A stretch of 36,709 nt of DNA, taken from NCBI RefSeq assembly GCF_006345805.1, contig NW_021824686.1, positions 1 to 36,709 on the forward strand, in the 5' to 3' direction. Position numbers and translations under genes: made by a program. Positions 1 to 12,846 of this stretch are shown in pieces; position 1 is the first letter of the stretch; each line of letters opens with the position of its first letter. Origin of the DNA: Octopus sinensis (Eukaryota). A model generated the notes under the pieces. That model was not told the DNA's origin. It saw only the letters and a list, made by a program, of their open reading frames with translations, and did not search any database.

Positions 1-545
1 GGACCAGAGAGGCAAACTGACAGGCTGACAAACAGACAGACAGACAGACAGAGAAAAGGAGAGAGTTACAGTAGGAAGCACTTCATATAATCACGAAAAA
101 AATTATCAACGTTTATTGTTATCAAAAATAATGTGTCCCAAACACTTATAATACAATAAATTACTAGCCGGTTATTGTTATCGAAAAGTCGTCGTCTCAA
201 ATGTAAGTGATAGATTGATAAGTAATTATGTGTGTATGTGTATGTGGGCTGTGTGTATGTGTATGTAGGCTGTGTGTATGTGTAAATGTATACATGTATG
301 TGTATCCGTATCATTGGTTATTAGTGTGTTTCCGTGTAGTTTTCATTCCATCTTGACGTAATCACCAACACCACCATCACCATCGTCGCAGCCGCCATTT
401 CGAAATGAGTCGTCACCAATGTCGTTCATCCGTCTCCCTGGTTACATTAAAATAAATCACAGCTTTTAATATTTATATCATTTATTATTAATTTTCTTTC
501 TTTCTTAATCTTCATCATCTTTTTCTTCTTTTCGTTCTTCTCCCT

Positions 546-642
546 CTTCTTCTTCACCTTCTTCTTCTTCTCTTCTTCTTCTTCTTCTTCTTCTTCTTCT
601 TCTTCTTCTTCTTCTTCTTCTTCTTCTTCTTCTTCTCATTAC

Positions 643-687
<45 letters not shown>
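546..687. repeat. (TTC)n followed by (TTA)n microsatellites
   Basis: Direct reading. Confidence 0.95.
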
Positions 688-1280
688 GTTTCTCCTATTG
701 CTCTCAAGCCAATCCCTCCTAGAATCTATTTTTCGGAGAATTTATTCTGGTTGTTAGATTTTGATTGCTTTCCATACTATTATTTATGCTTCTTGTTGCT
801 GTTATGGTTATTACGTTTGTTTGCTTTAATTATTTTTCTGGTTGTTGTTGCTGTTTTTGTTGTTGTTGTTGTCGTTGTTGATGGTTGATAATCAAATTTT
901 GTCTTCGTCGGAGCAAAATAATCCACGAGGAAATAGATTTACGTTGACTTTATGGAGTAGATAATCCAGTTTTCTTAACATACCAACTCCACCTCCCCAG
1001 CACTCCACCACCATCATTCCACACATACGCTAACACCACCACACTCTTCCCTTCACAGTCATCACCACCACCACTACCACCGCCAACACTATTTCTGCAG
1101 CTCCTACAACTACTTATAACCGACTGACCATCATCCACAACGCCACACCTATCGGTATGGTCATCCTTCTAATTCATGTGTGTATGTGTGTGTGTGTGGT
1201 GTGTGTGTGTGTGTGTGTATGTGTGTGCGTGTGTGTGTGTGTGTGTCTGTGTATATATATGCATGCCTGTGTATCTCGAT

Positions 1281-1471
1281 GAATGGTTCTTAAGCGCGGC
1301 CCCCAGGGACACATGTAACCCTGAAACATCCTTCTGGCGGCCCTCGATGGTCTTCACTCTATAAATGTAAATTTTTCTTGACTTGTGTTTTACTTTTTTC
1401 GTTCGCAGTGACCCCTAAAAGAAACCTCGTTTGGGATCTGGTCTGCTTAGTATAAAGGTTGGGGACCACTG
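1281..1471. mobile_element. hAT/Charlie-like MITE
   Basis: Right end AGGTTGGGGACCACTG is the reverse complement of CAGTGGTCCCCAACCT, a typical hAT-Charlie TIR. Left end degenerate (GAATGGTTCTTAAGC). No clear 8-bp TSD. Confidence 0.55.

Positions 1472-1547
<76 letters not shown>
1472..1547. repeat. (GATA)n microsatellite; others at about 1868-1933, 12110-12187, 31503-31620, 33310-33405 and 35462-35540
   Basis: Direct reading. Confidence 0.95.
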
Positions 1548-1548
<1 letters not shown>

Positions 1549-1867
1549 TCTGTCTCTCTAGTTTCTATATATAACTGGAGGTGACCGCAACGTCCGTCCA
1601 GACCCTGACGAAACCACAGACGAGACGAGACAAAGTAGGGATTTTGCGAGAGTCATTGTTATGAATAAAACATATTCGGTTTGGGATTTCACATCTGTTG
1701 CTGCTGCTGTCGTTGCTGTTATTGTTGTTATCGTCGTTGTATATTGGTTTCCTGCTACAATGAGAAACACTGCAAAGAAATTTTGATAAAACACAATTCA
1801 ACACTTGGGTTTTGTTGTTTTTTTTTATTCTGAGTGACCTGTCCATGTTTGTATATATATATAATAT

Positions 1868-1934
<67 letters not shown>

Positions 1935-2089
1935 CACTTTGTCGTGTCTTGTGAGGTTCATCACGCCAACAATGATAAACACACACGCACTGGTTGAATA
2001 TCACTTCTTTTGTGACAGACCATTGGTTGAATATCTATTCAAACAACTGATCGTTTGTTTGCTTGTCAAAGTCTTTTCGTCGTTCTTCG

Positions 2090-2420
2090 CGACGCCCCCT
2101 GTCTTCAAAGTAGATCCTAGACACAATTTCCTGAAGATGTGCGCCGTGCCCAATAAGGCTGCTTTTTGAAAGACATCAATCTTGCATGGGATTTCCAGTT
2201 GCCTTAAGAAATCTTGAAGTTTCAATGGGATTGAGCCCAGCGCTCCAATCTCGCATTCCATACAGCCATTTCCACTTTCAATTCGGAGTACTTGGTGATT
2301 TTATTCAACTTCTTTACAACACTAATATCATTTGATATGGCTACATCAATGGTCTGACAGTATTTGTCTCTTTTATTCAATATGTCTGGATGTCCGGTAT
2401 GACAGCATTTATCTTTTGTG
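2090..2420 (-). mobile_element. Degenerate 3' RLE fragment of an R4-clade element
   Basis: IGALGSIP..FQKAALLGTAHIFRK in ORF 2001-2261. Frameshifted upstream sequence reads RPDIL..IDVA..KITKY. Confidence 0.75.
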
Positions 2421-2459
2421 TTACTTTATTTATCATACTTTTATCTACTGTTCTCATAT

Positions 2460-3030
2460 TCATGGGGATTTTTTCTTATGGAGCATTCATGAAGTTGGTG
2501 AGTCGTCTTTGAATTTCAAGCAATTCATTACCTAGTTGGTTCATTTCTCCTGCATGTCCACCCATCACAGTATCAGGGTTCGCTGTATAAACTTCCTGTT
2601 CCTCATCCTTAACAGCCCCATCATCATTTCCCTGACTACTCTTCTCTCTGCTTTCAGCTCCAACCATCCTTTGTTGCCCATCTGCAGGGTCTCTCAGACC
2701 GTCACTAATCTGAGATAGTTCTACTCCAGTTAAGTAACCCTTCCTCCTAATTACTCTCACTTGGTTCATTAGTTTATTTTCTGACATTGGACACAGGTCC
2801 TTTTCCATCCAAAATTTCAAGGTACATCAGCCTACTTCGCGACTTCTTTCCAGCTTTGCTCTTTCATAACATTCAATAAGTGTATCGTACTCTTTCATCG
2901 TCCACTTATGACTATTTTTGTGCACACCGTGTATGTGATCTGTTGTGACATAACGACCGTCCGAGGCCAGAACACTGCCCCTTATGCAGGTGGTTTCGGA
3001 CGTGCGGGGCTGGAAACCTTCACCATGATC
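2460..3030 (-). mobile_element. N-terminal fragment of an R4-clade element
   Basis: HKWTMKEYDTLIECY and ENKLMNQVRVIRRKGYLTGVEL parallel the N-terminal motifs of the two long elements in this window. Confidence 0.6.
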
Positions 3031-3049
3031 GGCTATTATTATTATTATT

Positions 3050-3938
3050 CAGTAGTTTTATTTTTATAGCGTGCTTTCACTTCACTACCGAGCGCAGCTC
3101 TGTGTGCCTTGGGTATGTGCTGTGATTTGTTGTGATGCTCTGATGGTTATTGTATGGAAAGTGTTTCTGCGTAGGATGTGTGCAGTGCCTAGTATGCAAT
3201 TTTCTGTATGTTATATGTGTTTGTAAGTCCTGGTGTTTTTTGTATGTATTTGTCTGAAATTTTTTTATCATGCCTAATGCACCTACTATGATAGGAATTG
3301 TTTCCGTTTTCAGGTTCCACATTCTAGTTATCTCTATTTCCAGGTCTTGTATTTTGAGAGTTTCTCCATTTCTTTTTAGAGAACCGTTTCATCTGCCGGT
3401 ATTGATACATCATTAGAAAGCATTTTTTTTTCTTCATGATCTCTGACAACTATATCTGGTCTGTTGGCCTTAATTTCTCTATCTGTGTGTATCGGCATAT
3501 CCCAGATATGCTTTCTCGTTTTCTGTGACCTTTTCTGGTGTGTGCCTATACCATCTTTTTTCTGTTGTTATTCCATAATTTTGGCATAGCTTCCAATGTA
3601 TGTAGGTTCCAACTCTGTCATCTCTGTGAATATATTCCTTCTTAGCCAGGACTGGGCAGCTAGAGATAATATGATTTATTGTTTCTTGTCCATCTCCACA
3701 TATTCTGCAGTTACTTGTAATATTTCTTTTCATTACATGTTTTTGGTAATTTTGGTGGGGAGGCTTTGGTCTTGTGCTGCCAATTAAAAATCCCTCTGTT
3801 TCTGCTTTGAGTCCTGAGTCTCAACCATGCTGGGATTTTTCTTTGTCTATTTCTTTTGCGTTTAGTTTAGTGCAGTATTTACCATGAAGGGGCTTTTCTT
3901 GCCATCGTTTTATCATGGCTCGTTGCTGTTCTATTTTT
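3050..3938 (-). mobile_element. 5'-truncated copy of R4/Dong family A
   Basis: Closely matches 18228-19118, with the same 3' end (CAGTAG..TATAGCGTGCTTTCACTTCACT on +). Encodes CRICGDGQETINHIISSC and PIIVGALG. (TTA)n on both sides. Confidence 0.92.
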
Positions 3939-3963
3939 TATTATTATTATTATTATTATTATT

Positions 3964-4710
3964 GCCTTTGCACAGCTTCTAACGCTGGAGATGTACTATA
4001 GTGTCAGCTGTTCACTACCAGTGAACTAAGGTAACACCTCTTATTTTTCGAGCACCTTCCAGAGTATTCGAGCGGTTCCAAGCAAGTGCTGTTTTCTGCA
4101 AGTGCTCCACCCTTATTGCAACCCCAATTTGTTCCATGTACTCCTCAAGATGTTTACTCACGGTTTCCAGGGCTCCGACAATTATTAAGGTACTACTGCT
4201 ACCTTTTTCATCGACCACAACAGCCTAACTTCCCAAGCTAACCTGTCATGTCTCTCAACTTTTCTTTCTTCCTTATCGCATATCTTGTTGTCAGCTAGGC
4301 ATGCTATGTCTATGATCCAGCATAGTTTCTTTTCTTTCTCTTGTAAGACTATGTCCGGCTTACTACTCTCAATCTCATGGTCACACGGAATCATAAAATC
4401 CCATAGGATCTTTGCATTTCTATTTTCGAAAATCTCTTCAGGTTTGTGGTCGTACCAATTTTTTGCTCTGTCACTTGTTGCAAAGTGTCAAAAGGTGAAG
4501 CCTAGCTTTATTGTCGTGGCGTCTCTTATATTTCTTCTGGGCTAGTACATTGGCTGGTAATAAGCCATACAGTTTCACAGTTTTGTCCACAGATTCTGCA
4601 CTTATCACTTTCTGATTTTATGTAGTTTGTTCTTAGTGCTTGCTCTTGGGCAGCACAGATTAGTGCCTCCGTTTCTGGTTTTAAATCACTTTTAGTCATC
4701 CATCCCACCC
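3964..4710 (-). mobile_element. 5'-truncated R4/Dong-type element (family B), CCHC + RLE region
   Basis: LKPETEALICAAQEQALRTN, CRICGQNCETVWLITSQC, KPDIVL..WIIDIAC, IIVGALETV..LQKTAL. (TAA)n tail at 3939-3963. Confidence 0.88.
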
Positions 4711-4711
4711 C

Positions 4712-4751
<40 letters not shown>

Positions 4752-4754
<3 letters not shown>

Positions 4755-5370
4755 TAGTTTTATTTTTATAACGTGCTTTCACTTCACTACCGAGCGCAGC
4801 TCTGTGTGCCTTGGGTATGTGCTGTGATTTGCTGTGATGCTCTGATGGTTATTGTATGGAAAGTGTTCTGCGTTGGATGTGTGCAGTGCCTAGTAGTGCA
4901 ATTTTCTGTATGTTATATGTGTTTTTGTTATGTATTAGTCTGAATATTTTTTTATCATGCCTAATGCACCTACTATGATAGGAATTGTTTCTGTTTTTAG
5001 ATTCCACATTCTGGTTACCTCTATTTCCAGGTCTTTGTATTTTGAAAGTTTCTCCATTTCTTTTAGAGAAACGTTGTCATCAGCCGGTATTGATACATCA
5101 ATTAGAAAGCATTTTTTCTTCATGATCTCTGACAACTATATCTGGTCTGTTGGCCTTAATTTCTCTATCTGTGTGTATCAGCATATCCCAGAGTATGGTT
5201 GCTTTCTCGATTTCTGTGACCTTTTCTGGTGTGTGCCTATACCATCTTTTTTCTGTTGTTATTCCATAATGTTGGCATAGCTTCCAGTGTATGTAGGTTC
5301 CAACTCTGTCATGTCTGTGAATATATTCCTTCTTAGCCAGGACTGGGCAGCCAGAGGTAGTATGATTTAT
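4752..5370 (-). mobile_element. 5'-truncated copy of R4/Dong family A
   Basis: Same 3' end as the copies at 3050 and 18228. ORF 4935-5135 gives FLIDVSIPADDNVSLKEMEKLSKYKDLEIE. Flanked by (TTA)n. Confidence 0.92.
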
Positions 5371-5384
5371 TTATTTGATTTATG

Positions 5385-5421
<37 letters not shown>

Positions 5422-5451
5422 TATTATTATTATTATATTATTATTATTATC

Positions 5452-5650
5452 AAGGCAGCGAGCTGGCAGAATCGTTGGCGCGCCGGGATTTCGTTCGTTC
5501 TTAGGTTCTGAGTTCAAATTCCGCCGAGGTTGACTTTGCCTTTCATCCTTTTGGAGTCGATAAATTAAGTACCATTCAAGTATTGGAGTCGATATTATCG
5601 ACCATCCCCCTCCCCTCAGATACCAGGCCTTGTACCTATTGTAGAAAGGC
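5452..5650 (+). mobile_element. tRNA-derived SINE (Octopus-like, Nin/Deu-type core)
   Basis: A-box-like AGCTGGCAGAATCG, B-box GAGTTCAAATTCC, core GAGGTTGACTTTGCCTTTCATCCTTT..GTCGATAAATTAAGTACC, (TTA)n tail. Confidence 0.85.
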
Positions 5651-5672
5651 TTATTATTATTATTTATTATTA

Positions 5673-5726
<54 letters not shown>

Positions 5727-5729
5727 CAA

Positions 5730-5771
<42 letters not shown>

Positions 5772-6889
5772 CATCGTTAATCTGATGTAATGTGGGAGAA
5801 TCTGGCACAGTTTCTTTTTCTTTTGTTCCGTGGTTTCCATAGCGACGACCATAATTCCAATCAGTAGGAATATCCTGTATTGATTTTTTTTGTCATGGAC
5901 ACAGAGACCCGTTAATTCCGTTTATCGATTGGATGAATAATCGATTATTTCGATTGCAGGATTTTCTTTGGAAATCGCTGACGTTCCTGTCAAAAGAAAA
6001 TCGGAGAGCAGCCAAGCGATTTTCGTGTTCGAACCAACGTCAATCACTAATAAACTCTCAGGGGTCGAATTCATTTAGTCTCGGGCAACCTCTATGTTCT
6101 TTTTGTTGTTCAGCTCTAAGCCAACAGTCAAGCCTCTGTTCAAAGGCCTTCCAGCAGTGACCATCCTGTCTTTTATACTAAGAGGATCATAAATGGAACG
6201 GAAAGGTCATGAAAGGAACGCAGTATCTCACTATACAGCACATACACGACATATTGCGGTCAACATCTTTGGATATCCGTCACTGGTCGACGATGAATAT
6301 CCAACTGAGACACCACTTGATGTAGTATCACATGTGATTCGATCCCGGCACCCCTCAGTGATTTCTTTCATTCTCTTGCAAGAAGGAATATCTTGTGGTC
6401 AAAGCTGCGTATTACAGCCACTAATCTGGTCTAGAAACAAATATCTAAACTCCCCACCTCTCCCATAGGAAAAAACTAACCAAATTTCTTCTTCCTTCCT
6501 TTCTGTTCCATCATCCCGTTTCTTCTCTCTCTCTCTCTCTCTCTCTCCCCAATCTTTTTCTGATTTCACCCACGGCTTTCCTCTTCCCCATCCCTCACAC
6601 ATAGGCCTCTGATATTTCATCTCATTGTCTACTGCATCTACATTGTCCTTCACTAACAATGTAGAAATAAATTTCTAGAACCTTCCAGAAGAATAGGAAC
6701 AGTCTTCTCTAAACAGTATACGGTTTTCATACACGAATACACAGACACACAAACACACAGACAGACACACACACTCTTATTCTGTTTATTTTCTCTTATT
6801 CCTTTCTGTTGAAGAGCATAAGATCGAAACGTAAAAAAACTTCATTTTCCCGACACCTGTCTTTGTATTTATTTTTCTATAAATTTCAA

Positions 6890-6922
6890 CTATATGTATA
6901 TATGTATGTATATATATATATA

Positions 6923-6988
<66 letters not shown>

Positions 6989-7031
6989 GTGTATGTTTAT
7001 ATATATATATATATTATATATATATATATAA

Positions 7032-7100
<69 letters not shown>

Positions 7101-7121
7101 GTGTGTGTGTGTGTGTATGTT

Positions 7122-7156
<35 letters not shown>

Positions 7157-7183
7157 AACATACACATATATATATATAAACAT

Positions 7184-7262
<79 letters not shown>
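6890..7262. repeat. Compound (TA)n/(TG)n/(CA)n microsatellite
   Basis: Direct reading. Confidence 0.95.
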
Positions 7263-7263
<1 letters not shown>

Positions 7264-7264
<1 letters not shown>

Positions 7265-7509
7265 AATTGTGGAGTGGAGCAGGTAAAATCCAGGCTACAT
7301 AAGTTTCCTAGCTAGAAATTTCAAACGATATCTTCGGCGAGTTAACTTGCGATTCTTTTACGACAATGTGACCTTCATATAACTAAGGTACCTTCAGCCT
7401 TGTGGGTCGCTAGCGGAGTACCCCTCGTTGAGTAATTATTACATCAAAGGATCTGCTAGGTAGGAAACATATGTAGACTGGATTTTTACTTGTTCCACTC
7501 CCTCAATTT
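7264..7509. repeat. Imperfect ~48-bp inverted repeat containing GAAA-CAUAUG-UA
   Basis: 7264-7310 is the diverged reverse complement of 7461-7509; abuts a TA/CA tract. Confidence 0.7.
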
Positions 7510-7539
7510 GGATCTTTATTCACATTTAATTATCAATGA

Positions 7540-8392
7540 TGCAATCATCCCGGAGCTTTCTGTTAACATATCCATGCAGGGTCTTCTGCTGATAAGCGCT
7601 CATCCTTTCATTTGATGATTCGTTGCATTAGAGCCGTGCGACTTCTTTGGACATCTATTTAAAGAGCTGCTTTCCAAATCTCATGAAGATATCTGCCTGG
7701 TGTATCCAAACTTGATTATGGGATGCACTTCAATTCTTGGTGGTTAAAAGATATTGCCGGAGAGATATGACACGACATTCAAAAGCAGTTTGGACCGATG
7801 CTGAGCCTCCCCCCCTCCAGTTTTCGTTTTGCGTAGTGGCGGTCTACGTCGCTGTTGATGTGGAAATTATATGTACTGGTTAGTATCTTCCGGGTTTTCA
7901 CATCAATGGCTCGAAACGAGTACTGGCACTGCAAATACATTGTGGGTCACTGTTTTCTTGAATGCAGAGGCTTCAGAAGTTCATATTTTCTTTTATATCC
8001 TTTAGCGACACGTGTCTTGTTATAGGTGCCACTCCTAGGTACCTGTAACATTCCTTATCAGATATATGGTAAACAACTTTGGTCATTCATGGTGATGCTG
8101 CTAGTCTGGTTTATAGTTTTCCCTCTTTCTACAACCATATAACAACATTTACCCCGACCAAACCCCAAACATGTAACCTTTGAGAAAGGCGTAACTAGGT
8201 CAAGGCTCTTTTTCATCTCAGGCGTATTTTTGGCATATTGTTTCGAGTCGTCCACAAAGAAACTATGTGCAATTTTGGCATTTCTGTTTCCTTCTGAACC
8301 AGTGAAATATCCTTCACACTTCCTTAACATGAATGAGAAACGGTTTGCAGAAAGTATAGATAGCATTACAAAAAGGTTGTCTCCTTGGAATA
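7540..8392 (-). mobile_element. Old RT/thumb fragment of an R4-clade element
   Basis: IFQGD..HSFFVDDSKQYAK..FGRGKC (ORF 8058-8564), then CYRYLGV and IDVKTRKILT..HINSDVDRHYAKRKLEGGG in other frames. Confidence 0.8.
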
Positions 8393-8396
8393 TATG

Positions 8397-8430
<34 letters not shown>

Positions 8431-8467
8431 TGTATGTATGTGTATGTATGTATGTATGTATGTATAC

Positions 8468-8625
8468 TGAAGACGCCTAATCTAATGGTTAGAATGTCGG
8501 TCTGACAATCGGGAGCCCATGAGTTCATTTCCGGTACTGGAGAACAGGTTTTGCTACTGATCAATTCAGATCATTTCAGACTGCTTCTGTATATTCAGTT
8601 AAAATGAGTAGCAGACCAAGTGATG
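8468..8625 (+). mobile_element. Degenerate tRNA-derived SINE
   Basis: A-box-like CTAATGGTTAG and B-box-like GAGTTCATTTCC at tRNA spacing; downstream TTCAGTTAAAATGAGTA. Confidence 0.45.
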
Positions 8626-9173
8626 AACCAATTGCATATGTTTCTTTAACTGTCTCATTCTAGGTAATCCACCGGATCAAGGCTTCGAAAAGCAGTTGCT
8701 CCCGCGAGCCAAAATAAAATTTGGGATTTGCAGAGGGTCAAAGTAGGTAACAAAAACAGGACAGCGGAGACATACAACAAACTAAATGGAAACAAACATG
8801 GAGGGTTGTTAGGCCAGATGAGGTAAGACAGCGAACACTGAAGGAATATTCTTTGACAAGAGAAAAGAAGAGGAGACAGATAAGAATGCGTCTGAAGGAA
8901 AAGAAACATGATCACGTGAGGAAAAGAAAGATGGACGATGGTCACGTGTGAGCAACGAGAGAGAGTAAAGGTGGAAGAGGGAGAGACAGAACGGTGAAGG
9001 GGAGAAAAAAGAATCAAAGAAAGGATGAGAGAGAAAAACGAAAGGGGGAGAGAGAGAACAGTACATGGTAGAGTCACATCAAAATTATTGCGTATAAATT
9101 TACTTGGAAAAGGATGCGTGACATTCAATCATATAATAATGTAAATAATTATATATATATATTATATATATAT

Positions 9174-9260
<87 letters not shown>

Positions 9261-9355
9261 ATATTATATATATATATATATGCATATATCTATGTACATA
9301 CATATATATTATATATAATGTGTGTGTGTATGTATACATAGGCATATATGGGTGC

Positions 9356-9639
9356 AGGACGTCACAAAACGTAAACAACATGAAATACGAAGACAAACTT
9401 TGGTATGCGAACAATGAGAGAAACAAATGGAAAGCAAGACAACTAACATACAGAACGCCCCTTCATCAGTTGCTGGCTGTCCATCAACTCCCCATTTCGA
9501 GCAATTAACGACAATATGAGGCTCCGAAAAACAGCTATACTTGTCCTCTTTTCCATTTGTTTCTCTCGTTGTTCGCATATCCAAGATTGACTTCGCATTT
9601 CATGTTGTTTACGTATTTCGTAAACGTTTTGTGACGTCC

Positions 9640-9640
<1 letters not shown>
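9356..9640. repeat. Imperfect ~87-bp inverted repeat element within TA/TG microsatellite
   Basis: AGGACGTCACAAAACGTAAACAACATGAAAT.. at 9356 and its reverse complement ending ..TTTTGTGACGTCCT at 9640. Confidence 0.8.
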
Positions 9641-9692
<52 letters not shown>

Positions 9693-10670
9693 CTAAGTAC
9701 ATATATATATTATCTTATTTATATTATTATATGAGTGAACGCCACGCATCCATTTCCAAGTAAATTTATCTATCAATCTATCTATATGTGTGTGTGTTGT
9801 GTATGTATGTATGTATGTATGTATGTATGTATGTATGTATGTATGTATTTATGTATATGGAAGTTTTTGCGAAACATTTAATACACCCTAAATATTTTGA
9901 AAATATATTGAAGAAAAATATATTGTATACATGTATGTTTTTATATACGTGTATATGTGTCGTGTCGCGTGCGATATATGTTCGGCAACTCAGTATAGAC
10001 ACTCCCTCGTCACTCTTGTTTCTAGAAATGCACCACCGTAGGGGGAGTGTAATGAACGACGTTATTCTCCACAAACTGCCACCATTTACAGCAAAGAAAT
10101 AATATATAAAAGATAAGAATAAAATAAAAAGTCAAGTAAAAAAATATGTCGACTCCTAAAACACCGGAAGTTGTGAGAAGCGAAAAGAATTCATTATTAA
10201 GAGAAGGCATTATAAATGGCCCCTATTATATCGGGGGCAATAAACGCCTTAAATTAGGAGAGAATACACCATAACACGTAGAGACACACATACAAACACA
10301 GACAATGACACACACATATACATTCTTACAGGAATGAGTAGAGTTACTCGCACATACACACCCACGCTCATACACACACGCCAAGCTCATATATTCATAA
10401 ATGCACATACGTATGTATGTATATACGCACATACATAATTATATACACTTGTACATATATACATACACACATGCGTATATGTACATGTATTTATATAGAT
10501 ATATACACACACATGTGCACGCATACATGCATAGGTCGATACATAAATTCATACATATGGAGATACACATACATACATATCTAGATAAGCACAATCACAT
10601 ATAGCTATATATATATATATGTACACATACATATATATATACTTGTATACATACACACACACACACACAC

Positions 10671-10702
<32 letters not shown>

Positions 10703-10884
10703 ATATGTACATATATATATATATGTACATATACACATATATATATCCACACACATCCATCCATACAGATATACACACACACATATACATACATACTTAC
10801 AGCCACACATACGCACATGCATACATGCATGCATGCATACATACACACATACATACATACAAACACAAACATACTACAAAACAT

Positions 10885-10923
<39 letters not shown>

Positions 10924-10925
10924 TA

Positions 10926-10973
<48 letters not shown>

Positions 10974-11305
10974 CATATATAATACATACATGCATACATA
11001 TATACATACAAAAATTGCTTTTTCGTGTCCGTGTCCACTTATTATATGGTGTGAGCGTTAATTGAACTCGCGTCATTCAGATGTAAATTTTCTCTAGTCA
11101 CGTGATGTACCATTCACGCTGAACATCAATAAACGACATTTTATTGGCAGATCATCAATAGAAGCGATATTTGATTCGGTTTGAGATCAATATAGTATCG
11201 ATTACCTGATTTCAAGGCCAGGAATGGAGATGCCAACACGTGAAATCAGGGGAGAATACACTATGTGTGTGTGTATGTGTATACACATTTTACACACACA
11301 CACAC

Positions 11306-11370
<65 letters not shown>

Positions 11371-11373
<3 letters not shown>

Positions 11374-11695
11374 CAAATAAATGAAAGAATGGAGTTGAAC
11401 GACGATTTAACAAAATTCCTTTATTCTCGACATATGTTTCGAAGGCTGCATATTCCTAATTTCGAAGGAATAAGGGGTTCATTATGCCGCCTTCTCATAA
11501 AGGAATTTTGTTAAATCGTCGTTCAACTCCATTCTTTCATTTATTTGTATTAAAAAAAACACACAAATTTCCACACGAAAGCACGTGATCTCTGCTCTTG
11601 GCATGTAGCTTCAACCGTGTTTTTCTGACGTGAATTTGCTACCCAGGTATCGGTTAACCGAATTATCCATACTAAGATAATTCATTCAACTACTT
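11371..11695. mobile_element. Penelope-like terminal fragment with 53-bp perfect inverted repeat and truncated hammerhead
   Basis: Arms 11371-11423 and 11498-11550. The spacer on the minus strand reads AUGA-GAAGGCGGCAUA..UAUGCAGCCUUC-GAAA-CAUAUG-UC, then AATAAA. (TA)n on both sides. Confidence 0.6.
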
Positions 11696-11740
11696 ATATA
11701 TATATATTTATATATATATACACACCTATTGTGTATGTAT

Positions 11741-11925
11741 AAACACAGAGGGGATAAACAAAGTGATTAAGTCGATTAAATCGACCCCAGTGCGTAACTG
11801 GTACTTATTTAATCGACCCGGAAAGGATGAAATGCAAAGTCGACCTCGGCGGATTTTGAACTCAGAACGTAACGGCAGACGAAATACCGCTAAGCATGCT
11901 AACGATTCTGCCAGCTCGCTGCCTT
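11741..11925 (-). mobile_element. tRNA-derived SINE, same family as 5452
   Basis: Reverse complement reads AAGGCAGCGAGCTGGCAGAATCGTTAGC..GAGTTCAAAATCCGCCGAGGTCGACTTTGC. Confidence 0.85.
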
Positions 11926-12109
11926 GTATAAACACATATAGACATATGTACACATACATATAAAGAATATATTCACTTGTTGTGTATGTATACAGACTTA
12001 TGTCCACATGCTATGGAAGAACACAAAACAGAGGAGTTGCTACATGGTTATAGACATGCTAGAATTAACATCTAAATACAGACAAGCAGACAGACAGACA
12101 GACAGCCAA

Positions 12110-12188
<79 letters not shown>

Positions 12189-12723
12189 TCCAAGCTGTAT
12201 CTTCAGACAGAGAGAAGTGGGGTATCTTCCCCCATTTCCACGTTGCTAATTTTTTCTGTGAATGTTGAAATAAAAATGTCATATTAGAAATAAAAAGAAA
12301 TCGCAGATCAAAAGTAGTAAAGTAAACGAACGAATAGATCAATAGAAAAACAAAACAATTCGCTGACTAATTGTTAATAAACAAGTAATATGTGGGTGTT
12401 AATTAAATAACAAATAAATAAATGTACAATTAATTAGTTGAAATATAATTAGCAGCCACGATAACAGGAAATTTATGAATGTTGAAGAATGATGTTGGTT
12501 TTTTATGGTTGGTTGAGAACACATTTGGGGACGTCACACTGAAAGGAACATGTGTAAAAGTTATCGTCACTGAAGCGGGTAGATGGGGTGGAGGAGGCGT
12601 GTGATTCAGGAGCAGACACTTGGATAGGGGGCGTGTATGACATTTGCCTACACGAACACATGAAAACACTAAAGGACACAACACCATCATACGCATGCGC
12701 AGAGAAGTATAGAGGCGCGCGCA

Positions 12724-12846
12724 TTCGACTTTGCCTTTCATTCTTTCGGGGTCGATAAATTAAATACCAATTGCGTATTGGAGTCAATCTAATGCACTGA
12801 CCCCATCCACTAAAATTTCGGGCCTTGTGCCTAGAGTAGAAAAGAA
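12724..12846 (+). mobile_element. 5'-truncated SINE, same family as 5452
   Basis: TCGACTTTGCCTTTCATTCTTTCGGGGTCGATAAATTAAATACC..GGCCTTGTGCCTAGAGTAGAAAAGA. Confidence 0.8.

Noticed and set aside
8393-8564. Apparent microsatellite insertion inside an RT ORF (TIRLG..IFQGD)
   Set aside because: The upstream part is better explained as a plus-strand tRNA-derived SINE, so the open frame is probably fortuitous.
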